Below, piece by piece: positions 23,101 through 35,700 of a stretch of 64,000 bases of DNA. The stretch's first letter is position 1, and each line of letters opens with the position of its first letter. This DNA is from Phoronis australis. Taxonomy: Eukaryota; Animalia; Phoronida. The DNA is taken from assembly GCA_002633005.1 (NCBI GenBank), contig NMRA01000108.1:539006-603005 (forward strand). Direction: 5' to 3'. The notes beneath the pieces are model-generated. The model saw only the letters and a program-made list of their open reading frames with translations. It had not been told where the DNA came from and made no database searches. The translations under genes were made by a program, and so were the position numbers.

Positions 23101-24091
23101 ACGTCCTAACACCAGAGTAGACAGATTAAATTAAATTTTAATGATGTTATTAATGGAGACTTATGTCATTATTCCGCAGTAATGCGCGTTTTGTATGCTA
23201 TTAATATTCACGACGGTCCTTCTGTCAATGAACTTTTGTAATAACGACTCAAAACAATCTTCCGACAGCCAAAACAGCAAAGTACCACAACGGTCATTAA
23301 AATCTTAATTTCGTGCAATTTTGAAAAAAGGCACTAACCACTTTTTTCTCTTGTATTATTAAGAAAAGATTAGCACCGTACGCAGCAATAAATTCTTTTT
23401 ATACAAACCACTTCGTCTATTCATTTTCAAAGATATATATTACAGCAAACTATCATTCTGAAAATAAAGTTTATCTTGTTGAAACAACCTTTATAAACTA
23501 TAACGTCGATTTTGGCAAAGACCTCGTTGTCCGAGCAAAGACGCATCTAAAACGCACTCCGTTGGGAATTTATCGAAGTTATAAAGCAGATATGTGCGAT
23601 GACGTAAAAACAGGAGCTATACCCGTGAACGACTTTGTCGTTGCCTTGTACTGGTTTAGTTGACCGTTTTCAAAACTTGTACGCACTCCGTTTCGACCGC
23701 CGCTTTTACATTGAGGAAATTATAATGGACTGTGAAATTATCGGAACTAACGTTTGTGAGTTGACAAATGTCACAGACCATTTCCAGTCAAAGGTGCCTA
23801 ATTTCCTCCAAATACAAACTTCGAATTTTCAATCACCAACGCACCTAGGAGCGGCGCGACCTTGGGCAAGAATTTAGCGAAAAGCCAAGACCACGCGAAC
23901 TGGGGCGAGTGAAAAGCGAGTGTTTTGCGGGTATGCTCCTAGAAAAATGGCGGCCACTAAAGTGCTTGGTCGTGAGGCTGGGATGTCAAATTATGGATAA
24001 AATGGCTGTTTCCGTTCCTGTGCAAGTGTCTTGGAGAGGAAACGAAATCGATGGGCCAGGGGCGCTCTGTTACCTTTCTCTCCGAGTCTTT

Positions 24092-24235
24092 TTAAATACC
24101 TTAAATCATCACCAGGTATGAGTCTTGCTCAACATCATTTCACGATAACAATCAACTTTACACCAAAGTGCATAATACATGTAGAGCATGACTCATACCT
24201 GATGATGATTTAAGCTATTAAGTCGAAACGTTGAC
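24092..24235 (+). mobile_element. Penelope-like terminal remnant: inverted repeat carrying a minimal hammerhead ribozyme motif
   Basis: CTGATGA-T-GATTTAA-GCTA-TTAAGTC-GAAA-CGTT at 24199-24232; 24092-24135 is an inverted copy of 24178-24221. Confidence 0.6.
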
Positions 24236-26747
24236 GTCCTTAGCTTCTTATTATACATCTGGCCAAAAACTAAATGTCGTCACAAGATATTACCAAATAA
24301 TAAGTGCTCCATTCTCTATTCTGAAATTGGTGAGAACAAATAAAACATTTTTTCACCAGAACACACAATGCCCTACAAACTGTTTGTGGTGAAAATAATT
24401 ATTGTTAATTTAGGCCGTGAAATAAATATCCACCCATGCAGATACAAATTAACAGGTTGGTGCGAGTAGAAAGTGGCTTGTGCGAAAATCTATCACAGAC
24501 TGAATTTCGTACTCTGTGAAACAAGAGCCACGGAAGCAAATTTTTTACTCTTAACGATATCTCAAACCTTATTCACTGGATTGGCCGTTTTTACAATATT
24601 TCAAACATGTCTAGCAAAATACCTTATCTTCTTGGTCATAGAATGTTTCAAGATCAATAAAACAAGTGGGAAGCATCCTGACACAGAGTCTTGTGTAAAA
24701 TCGAGGCATTGACGTGGAACATATTCCATTTACCCTATTTATACCCTGATCATTGCTGGAATGTCCAAAGCAAAATTAAAGTCGATCAATGATCATGAAT
24801 GAGGTGCAATTTCGTGATTTCCTTAATTAGTATACACGGCAAAGCGATGTTGTGCTTTCACCATAGATACGAGAATAGTGAACTAGTGGTAGTGGGAAAA
24901 CGGTTACACGGCCAGAAGTTTTGATCAAAGAGTTACACATTTGCAAATATGGACCACGAGTACTTTTAAAGTTGGTTGTCGGTAGTAGAAAATACAAATA
25001 AGTGCGAATTTTACAGAGGAGTTAAGTCTAAGTTGTCTTGTGAAAAGTATTTATGTGAGGAGATGACGCAGCAATAGATATTTTACATAGCGAACATTAG
25101 ATGTTCAACTCACACATTAGAAACTGAAAACGGCTGAAGAAATGGTATTTCCCGCTGTGAAAGAAAATTTGAAATGCAGGAGAAATTGAGAGAGAAGAAC
25201 ATTTCATGTTGCGTTGCCCAGTATTGGTAGATTTAAGAAACAGGTTCTTACCACGCTGCCACTTTAGAAACAATGATATCAGGTCTCTTTTTAACTCGAA
25301 AACAGCCAACACTTTCGAGAACACCTCAATGTATAAACAAAGGGCAATGATGAGCAGAAACGAAGTATTAAATCTTTAATGGCTGTGTACGCATGCATAA
25401 AGTTTGTATAATTACTATTGTGAACTGTGGGCCGGTGGCCTCTTGTTCAAATAAATATGAGTTTACGTAAGTTAGTACGTTCACGGCACAAGAAAACTCA
25501 CATGTATCACAAAAAGAGCATTTGTTGTTATTTCTGATGAAAGCTCGTGCTTAAAACGACTAAAAATCCGCGTTCTGTAGAAAAAAAAGACCTTTCTTTT
25601 GATTTAGACCATTTGCCGCCATAAAAGTGGTCCCGCTTGTTCCATTAATAACTAACATGAAAACTGATTTTAGGTCTTGCAAAGAACAAACAGCTCGTTA
25701 TCGCTCGACACTATGCCGGGCGTCTAAAGTAACAAACCATTTTGTAGAGACTGAGCTCAATCAATAACGAACTGTCAGTTCGCAAGCATAGCTATTTTGG
25801 CTTGGTGACAATATGAGACCAATTTCGTCATGTTAAGGGATCGACATCATAATCGGTTTTGCGACGAACCCGCTTTAAAGCAGAACTCGCAGGCTAATTC
25901 ATTATCTCTGATTGCTTGACCAAATTAGTTAGAAGCACAACATATAGCGACGATGCGAATATAAAGTATGTTGAAAATTTCCAAATGTGAGAACGTGTTT
26001 TGTGGCGCAAATGATCCGCTGCAAATCACTGAACCCTGCCCAGTAAGTATCGTGACGTTGTGCTGGGGAAAAACACAGCATGATGCGGGATATGTGAGCC
26101 CGCGAGGTACGTCATTAGTAGTGCAAAGGTCGCCTATTTGCAGATTTTTTTGTTTTCACATTTACAAATGGTCAGTGAATGCAACTGCACTTTGTTTAGC
26201 GTAAATTGTGTTAGAACAGCATTGTCGTTTAGTTCCTGCTATAAATTAACATAGTTAGGAGCATGCAAATACATCTTTAAATGAAATTCACACTCGATTT
26301 GTTCAGTCTCAATACTGTGTTCAGGTTACCTATAGATACTAATGAAAAGCAAGTACAACTGTCACCGGATGAAGGGGATGGTGCATACATGTACTTGTCG
26401 AAGATCTTTAGCTTTACCTCAGTTTCGGAGAATTTTATAAACTACCTTTGTTCGTACTCTGTGCGTATTCCATAAAGGTAGACACTCGCAAGGCACTTTT
26501 GACGAGAAGTCTTGACTTCAGGAACGGAAGGAGATTTTTAACTTAGATTACAGTTTTCTCCCGTAATTCAATATTCCAGCCTCCCATACCGATAACTTCA
26601 GTGGCGGATATGATTACTTACCCTCGCGGCAAGCCAACACATTTTACTCGTGTGGATCACTACCACCTAAACCTCAGTTTGGTCACTAGAGCGCGTTGTC
26701 GTGGTTTCTAATCCGGGGAAAGAGAGAGCACGTACGCATATATGAGA

Positions 26748-26769
26748 ACACACACACACACACACACAC
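26748..26769. repeat. (CA)n microsatellite
   Basis: Direct reading. Confidence 0.95.
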
Positions 26770-28182
26770 TTAGAGATAACATTTATTGAGACATTTCTAA
26801 CATATCAGATGACGTGTTGGGTAATGAAGGCCTTGGAAAATAGAGCAATAGAGCATTTAGGCGCAGTAGGCGTCCGTTAAAAGATTGCATTTTCAAACGC
26901 ACATTGAGAAAAAGCTACTACACCTTGGGTTTGCGGCCAGCAAGAAGCGTTCAAATGTATCTTCTCTTTTTCGAGTTGTTCTTATTTGAAATGTGTCCAG
27001 TAATTTTGAGATGCTCTGAGTAAAATCTCAACAATTTCTGTGACTTAGCAAGCCACGCACACATGGCTTCGGTTGTCTAATTAGCCACACATCCTACGGA
27101 ATATTATGTGTGACACTACCAAGTCAACCTGCATATTCAATAGCCTTTACGTGACCAAGAGTGTGAGGTACATGGCATTTGGGTCCGCAGCCGCACGTCT
27201 CCTTGTTGTCTAATGATAAATATCTCGATTCACTTGTGGGGTGCATCGTCGCTGACCGTTTGTTCAATTTCGTGTTGAAGTCGACCTTTTGGGGTTCAGA
27301 AGTTTCAATGCAGGACAAGCGCAAATACCAGTGAAGTCTATGGGGTGAAAAGGGAATTGTTTTTCGTATAATCTGTGTGCACGCGCAATTTTTGGCTGCG
27401 CAGTTCTGACATGTTTTGTCGTCTAAGGACGTAAATGGATGCCTGGAGCACAGGTGGTGTGGCTTAGTTGTATATATTCAGCATTGGAACACCTCGGGTA
27501 TTTCGCCTCGGAGGTGAACGTTATCTGCACATTAAGGGCTTATCATTCTCCAGTTTGAAAATCTACACATATGCAGATGCTGTTTTCCTCCCGGGAGGAT
27601 AAAGTCGACGCTACAAAAACATCCGACATTCTCTGGAAGGCGTACTCATGTGTCAGTGTTTCCTGCTACATCCCTCGTCCTTCACAACTTCACTGTGGCA
27701 ATCACGGCTCAACATGTCTATAGCTAACAAGACAAATAGTACGTGTGAATGCAACATATTCCGACGCTTGTTCTATTCAATTAGACAAGTGAACCAATAT
27801 TTTTCTAAGAATGGAAGTCAATTAGTAAATGCATTATCGAAACCTTGATATTTGATAATGGAATCAGTATTCTGGGAATAAGCGGCCCTCGGCACAGCTT
27901 AAAGGACGTTCTCGGCAGAGAACGTAATTTTACAGCAACTCCGCAGTAGCAACCGAATGCTTTGCCGAAGTGTCAGATCCACTAGATAAATATGCATTGT
28001 TTTAAACGCATTTATATGGTAAAGATACTGGACGCGATTTTAACGAATGTCCGGCAGGAAACGTCAAGAATTGGCGATTTGAAATAAAATCAAAGCTGAA
28101 AACGTCAAGACGTCTATTCTAATTAATAATAATCCTAAAAATAATGCGTTTTCCGCTGTTCAACTGTGTTGTGATGATCTCA

Positions 28183-28470
28183 ACCAATCCTCGTTCTGTA
28201 ACCTGCTAATGCATCATTGGCGTCTATCTTGAAAGATAAAATCAGGAATCAATTAAAAATCCATACCCCTATTTAAAAATTGGGTATTATGGTCCTTGGT
28301 CTTTTCCCACCATTGCCGTGTAATTCACGCTTTTCAGTTTAGCAGACTTCAAAAGAGTTGTAATATTTTGCTCCTAACTTTTCAGGGTTGTTGAGGATTA
28401 TAGAGTATTATCTCGTTGCAAAGAACTGGTATCTGTTAATAAGCCCAAACTGGGTTTGATATCCTTTTTT
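28183..28470. repeat. Old dispersed duplicate, homologous to 44561-44915
   Basis: Collinear blocks ACCAATC..TTCTGT..CTAATGCATCATTGGCGTC..CTTGAAAGA.AAAA..AGGAATCA, TTCCCAC..TTGCCGTGT, TTTAGCAGACTT and ATCTGT..AAAC.GG.TT.G.TATCCTT. Confidence 0.7.
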
Positions 28471-29499
28471 AAGTGGTAAGCTTTCAGGTACGCATTTAAT
28501 ATCACCCCAGTTACTGACAATTGACGCGTAACGTAATCACGCGCCTTTGGTAAGAGATTTGTGGGATGTCTGCAATAAATTGTGGGTTTCCAAGCAAAAG
28601 TAAAGCTACTGGAGAACGTGTAGCTACTGTGCATTTGAAGTCAGTAAACGGCAATAAACGTGTATATCCCACATTTTTCTATCCGTACAAATGTTCACTA
28701 ATGGCATCGCTGACGGAGCGTCTTGTCAATCAAAGACTGCGGCGCCACTTAAGTGTTTCAATCGCTTATAGGAGGGCAGAAAATAGTCGTGTAATCTGTT
28801 TACAATGGTCCTTTACGGACCCAGTTTGATTAATTATTCATATCATAATTGAAATATTCTACCGGAGTAGATTTGTTCGCGTGACAGTTAGGGCGCTTAT
28901 GTGCCAATCAGGAAGAGAATTCTCCGGTGACGAGGAAATTGCTCGACCTCAGTTAACATCAAAGATATGATGATCACCGGCTTTGGTCGTGTCAATTGAA
29001 CAAAAAGGCATATTAATGAGATTATAACGCTCTAGAATATTTTATTGAAGTCACCACCAACTCTAAAAAGTGCGACTGTTGTTTAATTTTCAAGCAACAT
29101 TATGTAACTGTATTGACATAGAATGACCCGGCGTAAACAAATGTCATAATATATATTTCATTGAGATTTGAAAAAAATGACGTATCTCGCCGAACCAAAA
29201 TAAAGTAACAACACGTAATCTGATAGTAGTCAGAAGTGCACGTAGCCACTGGTCAGTGTCGTCACGATGTAGTGTCCATCTTCTTCTCCGTGGCTTAAGT
29301 GAACACAGCATTTTGTCACTGCAAAACAAGGAAGAACAATTGCAATAAATTAAAAATTACTTTAGTGGAAGTCACTTCTAATGTCAATTAGTATAGCCTG
29401 GTCGTGAAGGAATGGGGCAGAAAATCAAGGCGTGTCCCGTGCCCCAAGAAGGGAAAACGCCTTATGTTTCACAGGGACGTCGAGAGACGGGGTTGAAGT

Positions 29500-30030
29500 T
29501 ATGAAGCCCAGCAAGCTTTTCGAATATGCAACAGGCCTTGCCGGGGAAAAACGTCATTTTCATCTGATTCTGTAATCTGTCTATAGGGTATATCATAAAA
29601 CGGTGATCTTCTGGTAACCATTCCAGAGTTGAAGACCACTGAACTTTTTCGTATTTGTGAAACATTTTCAGTCTAAAACTTTACGTCTTTGGCTGAGTTG
29701 ACGCCCTTGTAGGGTGTGAAGTCGATTGACCATACCGTTGATGTGCGTCAGAACCTCCTGAGTAGTCCAATGAGCAACTCTCCTCTGTACTGTCTTTGTG
29801 ATAGCTGCGTTATAACATAGAGTAGATGCACATTCCAAGATGGGTCGAACCATAATTTTTTAAGCAAACTCCTGAAACTTGTGGGTCCCTACACGTAAGT
29901 TTCGTCCCGTAGGAAACCCAGAGTTTTATTTCAGTGGTTTCTTTTGGACGGTATTTATCTTATTGTGAGGTCCATCTGAGGTTACGCGAATAGGTAACGC
30001 CCAAGTATTTGACTTCCTTGGCAGACTTCA
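29500..30030 (-). mobile_element. Decayed non-LTR retrotransposon (LINE) reverse-transcriptase C-terminal region
   Basis: Minus-strand fragments with stops and frameshifts: VKYLGVTYSRNLRWTSQ*, NKTLGFLR, MVRPILECAS, VQRRVAHW, RLKMFHK, FFP. These are typical of the CR1/L2-group ORF2 C-terminus. Confidence 0.8.
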
Positions 30031-31798
30031 AAGTGTAGTTCAGTACAAACTCTATACATGTACATGTTGCAATTCAACTGGTATTTGTGTAGCATGCAAT
30101 GTGAGTTTTTTGATACTTGGGACTGTGCATACCTGAAATTTCTAGGGTTACGGCTCGCTGACGCAATAATCGCACCCGCAAGATCATGCGGCAAGATCAC
30201 GCAAAAGCACTACACAACGCACTCCAATTTCTTTGGAACTGTCTTGTCTTCTCATCTTTCTTTCTGTGAATGACATTGTTTTAATCTGATGCATATTACG
30301 CCCGACTTAAGTGGGTCATTTTCATTATGTATAGACTTAGAGTAGGGGCGTATTGGCACGAAAATGACTTCCGGTTGATCCCGAACTCAGATTTGGTGGA
30401 CAGAAAGTTAAGTATTACTCAATGGTCCATTTATTTAAAAACAGGAATAAATTCAACATGACGTGGCTATTTCAAAAGTCGGCCATTGGTTTTCCTAAGT
30501 CACAATCCTCGGTCACTACTCTCTAATAAACAAATAAATGCGGTAGATCAAGGCAGCTGCAGCCCATACAGGTGACCAGTGAGACGTCTGGTGGCGATCA
30601 ACAAGTGTACTTTGGCTAGACCATCTTGTAGACAAATGGACATTCAGTTAGATTCTCCAGGCGGTGCCGGTTAGGCTGTTTCTGCATGACCTTCTACTTT
30701 TGCCCTATATATGATTTATACGTCAACTGTATGTGACTGAATTCTCATGCAGTAAGACACGTCAGATTTTTCCTGTCGGTCCTCGCGTACTTCGTCGAAT
30801 AGCGCACCCTTTCTGAGGGGAGTGTAACACAATAATTGTAACAACTGAAGTGCTTTATCCATTTTTAATGGTTCACCGTGAATTTGAATACCTTTCCAGA
30901 TTGATCAGTATTGTTGTGTTGATGTTTTAACAGAAACATAACACGCCAGTGAATGTCAAAGTCAATATTGTACCACCAGGCGTAATTTGACCCAGGATTG
31001 TCTGCATATATATTGATTAACGTGCTATTACGTATCAATAAGTTATGGCTATGCTTCTGTAGAACGTACTGGTTCCAATAAGAAAAAAAAGAACAACGGT
31101 CATCGAATAAGTCATAAATGTAGATTTTAGTTCTTAATCGAATTATTTAGTTTAGATTTTAGTTCTTAAACGTACGTCGGTCGAAACTACCTAGCAGGAA
31201 CCAAATTTACTTAAAAATGAGAAAAGCCACGACCCAGCTAGATTAGTTCATAATAGGGACCTGGGAATTCCAATCTCCTTTTGACACGTGATTCGTCGTA
31301 CAAACTAGAAAGGCTGGTCCTGGCTTCCGACAAAGATCCATAGAGATTCACTTAAACAAAATCAGCTTTAAATAGCGTATTTACGGTGCTTCGTGAGTGC
31401 TTTTATCAATACGGAAGTAAACATTGAACAACAAGAGCGAGCGAGACTACGGCTCAGCTAATCAGCTTGGTGAACCAACATTTAGTATTTTCTTACGTAG
31501 CCGGCCATATTATCCTCCGCGTAGTATTTTAGACGAAAAAAGCATAACGCATTATCTTTCAGTTGCAATCAGGGCATCAAAGGCAATGCAAAACCATCTT
31601 TTCTGCTTTTGACAATTGGTCTTCTGTTCTCTGCTCCAAATTCCCAATCTCCTAAATCGGAACTAATTTTGAACGTACACACGAAGTGTCTTCGATTACC
31701 ACACGTTGTGAGCAGGTGAGCTGACCTTTGGACGAGACGGTCCCGCCACCTGGTGACTGCAGCCAACCATGTGGCCAGAAATAACTGCACCATGTTCT

Positions 31799-32757
31799 CA
31801 TAGGCGGATTTAGGGGGGGGGGCCCAGGGGGCCCGGCCCCCCCCCTTGGCTGCCGCAAAAAAATAAAACAGCAAGAGCGTAGGGAAATGTTGAGTTTATT
31901 AATTTGCCCCGGTAATTAAAATTATACGGATGAAAAAAGATTTAAATGTGTGCAGTTTTAGCGNNNNNNNNNNNNNNNNNNNNNNNNNNNNNNNNNNNNN
32001 NNNNNNNNNNNNNNNNNNNNNNNNNNNNNNNNNNNNNNNNNNNNNNNNNNNNNNNNNNNNNNNNNNNNNNNNNNNNNNNNNNNNNNNNNNNNNNNNNNNN
32101 NNNNNNNNNNNNNNNNNNNNNNNNNNNNNNNNNNNNNNNNNNNNNNNNNNNNNNNNNNNNNNNNNNNNNNNNNNNNNNNNNNNNNNNNNNNNNNNNNNNN
32201 NNNNNNNNNNNNNNNNNNNNNNNNNNNNNNNNNNNNNNNNNNNNNNNNNNNNNNNNNNNNNNNNNNNNNNNNNNNNNNNNNNNNNNNNNNNNNNNNNNNN
32301 NNNNNNNNNNNNNNNNNNNNNNNNNNNNNNNNNNNNNNNNNNNNNNNNNNNNNNNNNNNNNNNNNNNNNNNNNNNNNNNNNNNNNNNNNNNNNNNNNNNN
32401 NNNNNNNNNNNNNNNNNNNNNNNNNNNNNNNNNNNNNNNNNNNNNNNNNNNNNNNNNNNNNNNNNNNNNNNNNNNNNNNNNNNNNNNNNNNNNNNNNNNN
32501 NNNNNNNNNNNNNNNNNNNNNNNNNNNNNNNNNNNNNNNNNNNNNNNNNNNNNNNNNNNNNNNNNNNNNTTTTTTTTTCCTTTTTTTCTTGGATAATACA
32601 TCAGAAATCAAGGAAAATGCTTGATTTTTAGAGGAAAAAACAGAAAAATTTCCTCCCCCCATTCGGTGCTGTGCGCATCTGCAATCGTGGTTTGCGCAAA
32701 TGCTTACAGCCGGAAAAAATGTTGGGCCCCCCTTGTGATATCCTAGATCCGCCACTG
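31799..32757. mobile_element. G/C-run MITE ends spanning the assembly gap
   Basis: CATAGGCGGATTTAG / CTAGATCCGCCACTG; GTTCT flanks both ends; interior mostly N. Confidence 0.55.
31964..32569. other. Assembly gap
   Basis: Run of N. Confidence 1.
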
Positions 32758-35700
32758 GTTCTTGCCGATGAATGATCTTTCTTTCGCATTTTTGGGGTCT
32801 GAAAACCAGCAAAATGACCTTGGCGAAAGTCATTAAATTATGAAGAGGCATATTTCAAACAAATAAAAGGATTTTTGTTGAGAAACCTTGTCTTCAAGGC
32901 TTAGAAGTAAAAAGACTCAGTCGGCGTCTAGGCAATGCGTCAATGTTCAATTCGTTCATTGTTAATAATGAAATATGTTATTCAAGCTCCGCCTTCTACC
33001 TAAAAATATGCAAAAAGTGATATAAGTTAAGCAATCAATCAAACTGGAGTCAAACTTGAAATTGATTTCATTCAGTCAACAGGATTTGACTGAATATCTG
33101 CAAACACTGAATGAATCATGATTTATGCAGCCCAAGTTGGAAATGCCCCTTTTAAGTAGACCTACGGAATGACATCACGCTTATTTGCTTTTCATTCGAC
33201 ATTTTTTACGTCTCTTATGCACTTCAGTACATTCACATTCTGTCCGCAAGTCCAATGTCTCATGACCTTACGGTTTGAGATTTTAGTGTGACGGTATCTG
33301 TCGTCCACGCCACCTGATGGTTGGAAATGTGGGCGTGTGTTCTCTATTGGTGACTGGACTGCTTTCCGTACTAGACACACGAAACTCTCGAAAACGCAAA
33401 AATCGGCCAAGTCTTTACAAGATATCGCTATGCATTACAAGCGAAGCGCAGGATTACGCTAACTTTTCTTGCAGGTGCCTTAAGTTTACAGAACTGGGCT
33501 CAGTAAAAATAAAGACGACGCAATTCCAGATTTTTGGGCTCTATTTTATCAAAGGTCGCCGGCTGTAGTTAGAACATAGTAGCCTCGTTCGTGAGCGCAG
33601 TATACGACGAATGTGAGCTTATAGAACTGCTGCCGTTACTACTAAGCGGTACCAACAGAAGATGGTGTTTACAAAACCGACACTCACATTGGTGAGTTGA
33701 CCACTCTGTGGCTTTGTAGGGAGGACCATTCTCTAAAAGCGGAGAAATTACGTAGCATTTGATTTTTGACTTTATACCAATCTGCCACTAATTAAGGCAC
33801 GTGACATTGCTTTTTATGGAAATTTACGAAAAAGGGAAAGAACATTCGTAGCTAAAGAATACGTTCAATAACATGATCAAATTTTGCATGACATAAATGT
33901 TCGACATAAAATCTCAAAAAAAACTTTTATAGTTTTTTAAATTATCGTTTCGTTTTCGTTTTATGCAACTTTAATTTTTTTCACAAAATCACCTATTTTT
34001 CATAGCCCTTCATGCAAAAGTGGAACGTTTCAAAACAATTCCTAACGGGGTTTTGGGCAACAGTGCATAGAGCATAGTATCTAAAGGTTGCATGATTATC
34101 CGAATATTCATTTTTGAGATACGATGTTCCCAAGTTGGCCAAACTTGTCATTTTCCTAGGGTCGTTACATAACTTTAAAATCGGAGGGTTTAAGAATGAA
34201 CACGCAATTCAACATAAATTCGAAACCTAAATTCATCTATTCCATTTTCGACATTACAACTAAACTCGGACGTGGGTGCTCGTCCATAAGAAGAAGATAT
34301 TTGGCCTTGGTGATGTCCCTCTTGTAGACCTACCAATGATTAACTTCTCGACGAGTGCCGATATACTGGAAAAAATCTGAGATACGACCTCTGATAAAAT
34401 GGGCCGTTTCCTTTAACCTTATTATTTGTTCTCACAATTTGCATCATATTTTACAGATCGCCGTCCCCAGTGGCTGCAGGACATGTGTCCAAAGACTCTG
34501 TAAAGATGTGGGCTTTCAAAACAGAGGGAACGCATTATGATCTAATATTCCGTGAGTGATCTCATTTGTTACTAAATGTTCAAGTTGATTGCGTTACCGA
34601 GGGCTTGTAATCAGTAATTTCTGAGCCGTGCTTGTTTGGACTTGAATAGCTCAAGTTTTCAGCAAAGATGAATGCGCCAATTTTTCAACGAAAACAAACT
34701 AGTCAATTTAGGATCCCAACTTCATAGTGCTCAATGGTAAACGTCTCAAGCATGCACGGCCGTTTCTTACTTATGCCAAAAATCATCATTATTACGTTTG
34801 CGCTCAGGGCTCGACGCGTAACAATTGCGATCTGGCAAAATTCCCCCTAATTAAGTCGCGAACTGAGCTGACCAAAACAAGGACACTCCATATAGGGGGC
34901 CTTGGCTCCTACATACCACGCATGGTTGGTAACATCCGGAAATGAAGCAAACGAGATAGTACGATATTTGAAGGACCAGGGTATTTGTCACCCGTGTTAC
35001 AAGAAACAATAACGAGCAATTGCGTATCCGTTCAATTTGTTGCGTCTACTCAAATATCTTGTCCTCTCTTGGTGTTAGATGTGACAGTCGCGGTTGAGTT
35101 TAGTAAAAATGAATGTCGCAGTATTTTTCTGCTTAACGGAGGGAACAAATGCTGCGCAATCCACCTGATACAAGACTAATTATTTTACTGAATGTGGACT
35201 TGTCACTGTATTGTGACGCCAATAGGTTACTTAGAATAATCAATTTTTGAAAAATACCTATTCTCTACAGCCATAAGTTAAAAGCGAAAATAGCGAGGTG
35301 TATCAGGGTATTCAACTCACGTGACTTTTCAAATAAGGGAAGACAATACAGTGGGGGAACTAGACTGCATTTTCGGTGCACACGAAGCCGGAACGACGCT
35401 ATCGGCGCACGCTACCTGGGCATGACTCATAAATGGGCCCTTCTGCATTTTCCCGAACTATTCTGACTCCCGTCTGTTTGCTTCCTATGTAGTATTTTCA
35501 GTGCATGCCCGGATGTGTGCGTGGCGACTTCCTGACGACCTGGAATTTTAACAGGTCGCCAAACAGAATTAGTAGTCGCATTCACTGGCGACCTGCAGGT
35601 CGCCAAATAGAGTCCTGTGTCTAAGCTGTGATTGCGTGTTCTTATCCTGGGCTCACAATTAATGTGACTATTACGTTGGCACAAGTACGAGTGTTTGATT

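Noticed and set aside
23940-23956. YY1-like AAAATGGCGG promoter motif (also at ~9549, ~8099 and ~36175)
   Set aside because: No associated gene was found and the motif is common in transposon interiors.
25097-26740. Chain of minus-strand donor and acceptor-like sites (~26621, ~25253, ~25157)
   Set aside because: Joined peptide is short and unrecognisable; could be chance.
31930-32851. Long ORFs of 216-297 aa
   Set aside because: They are translations of the N gap.
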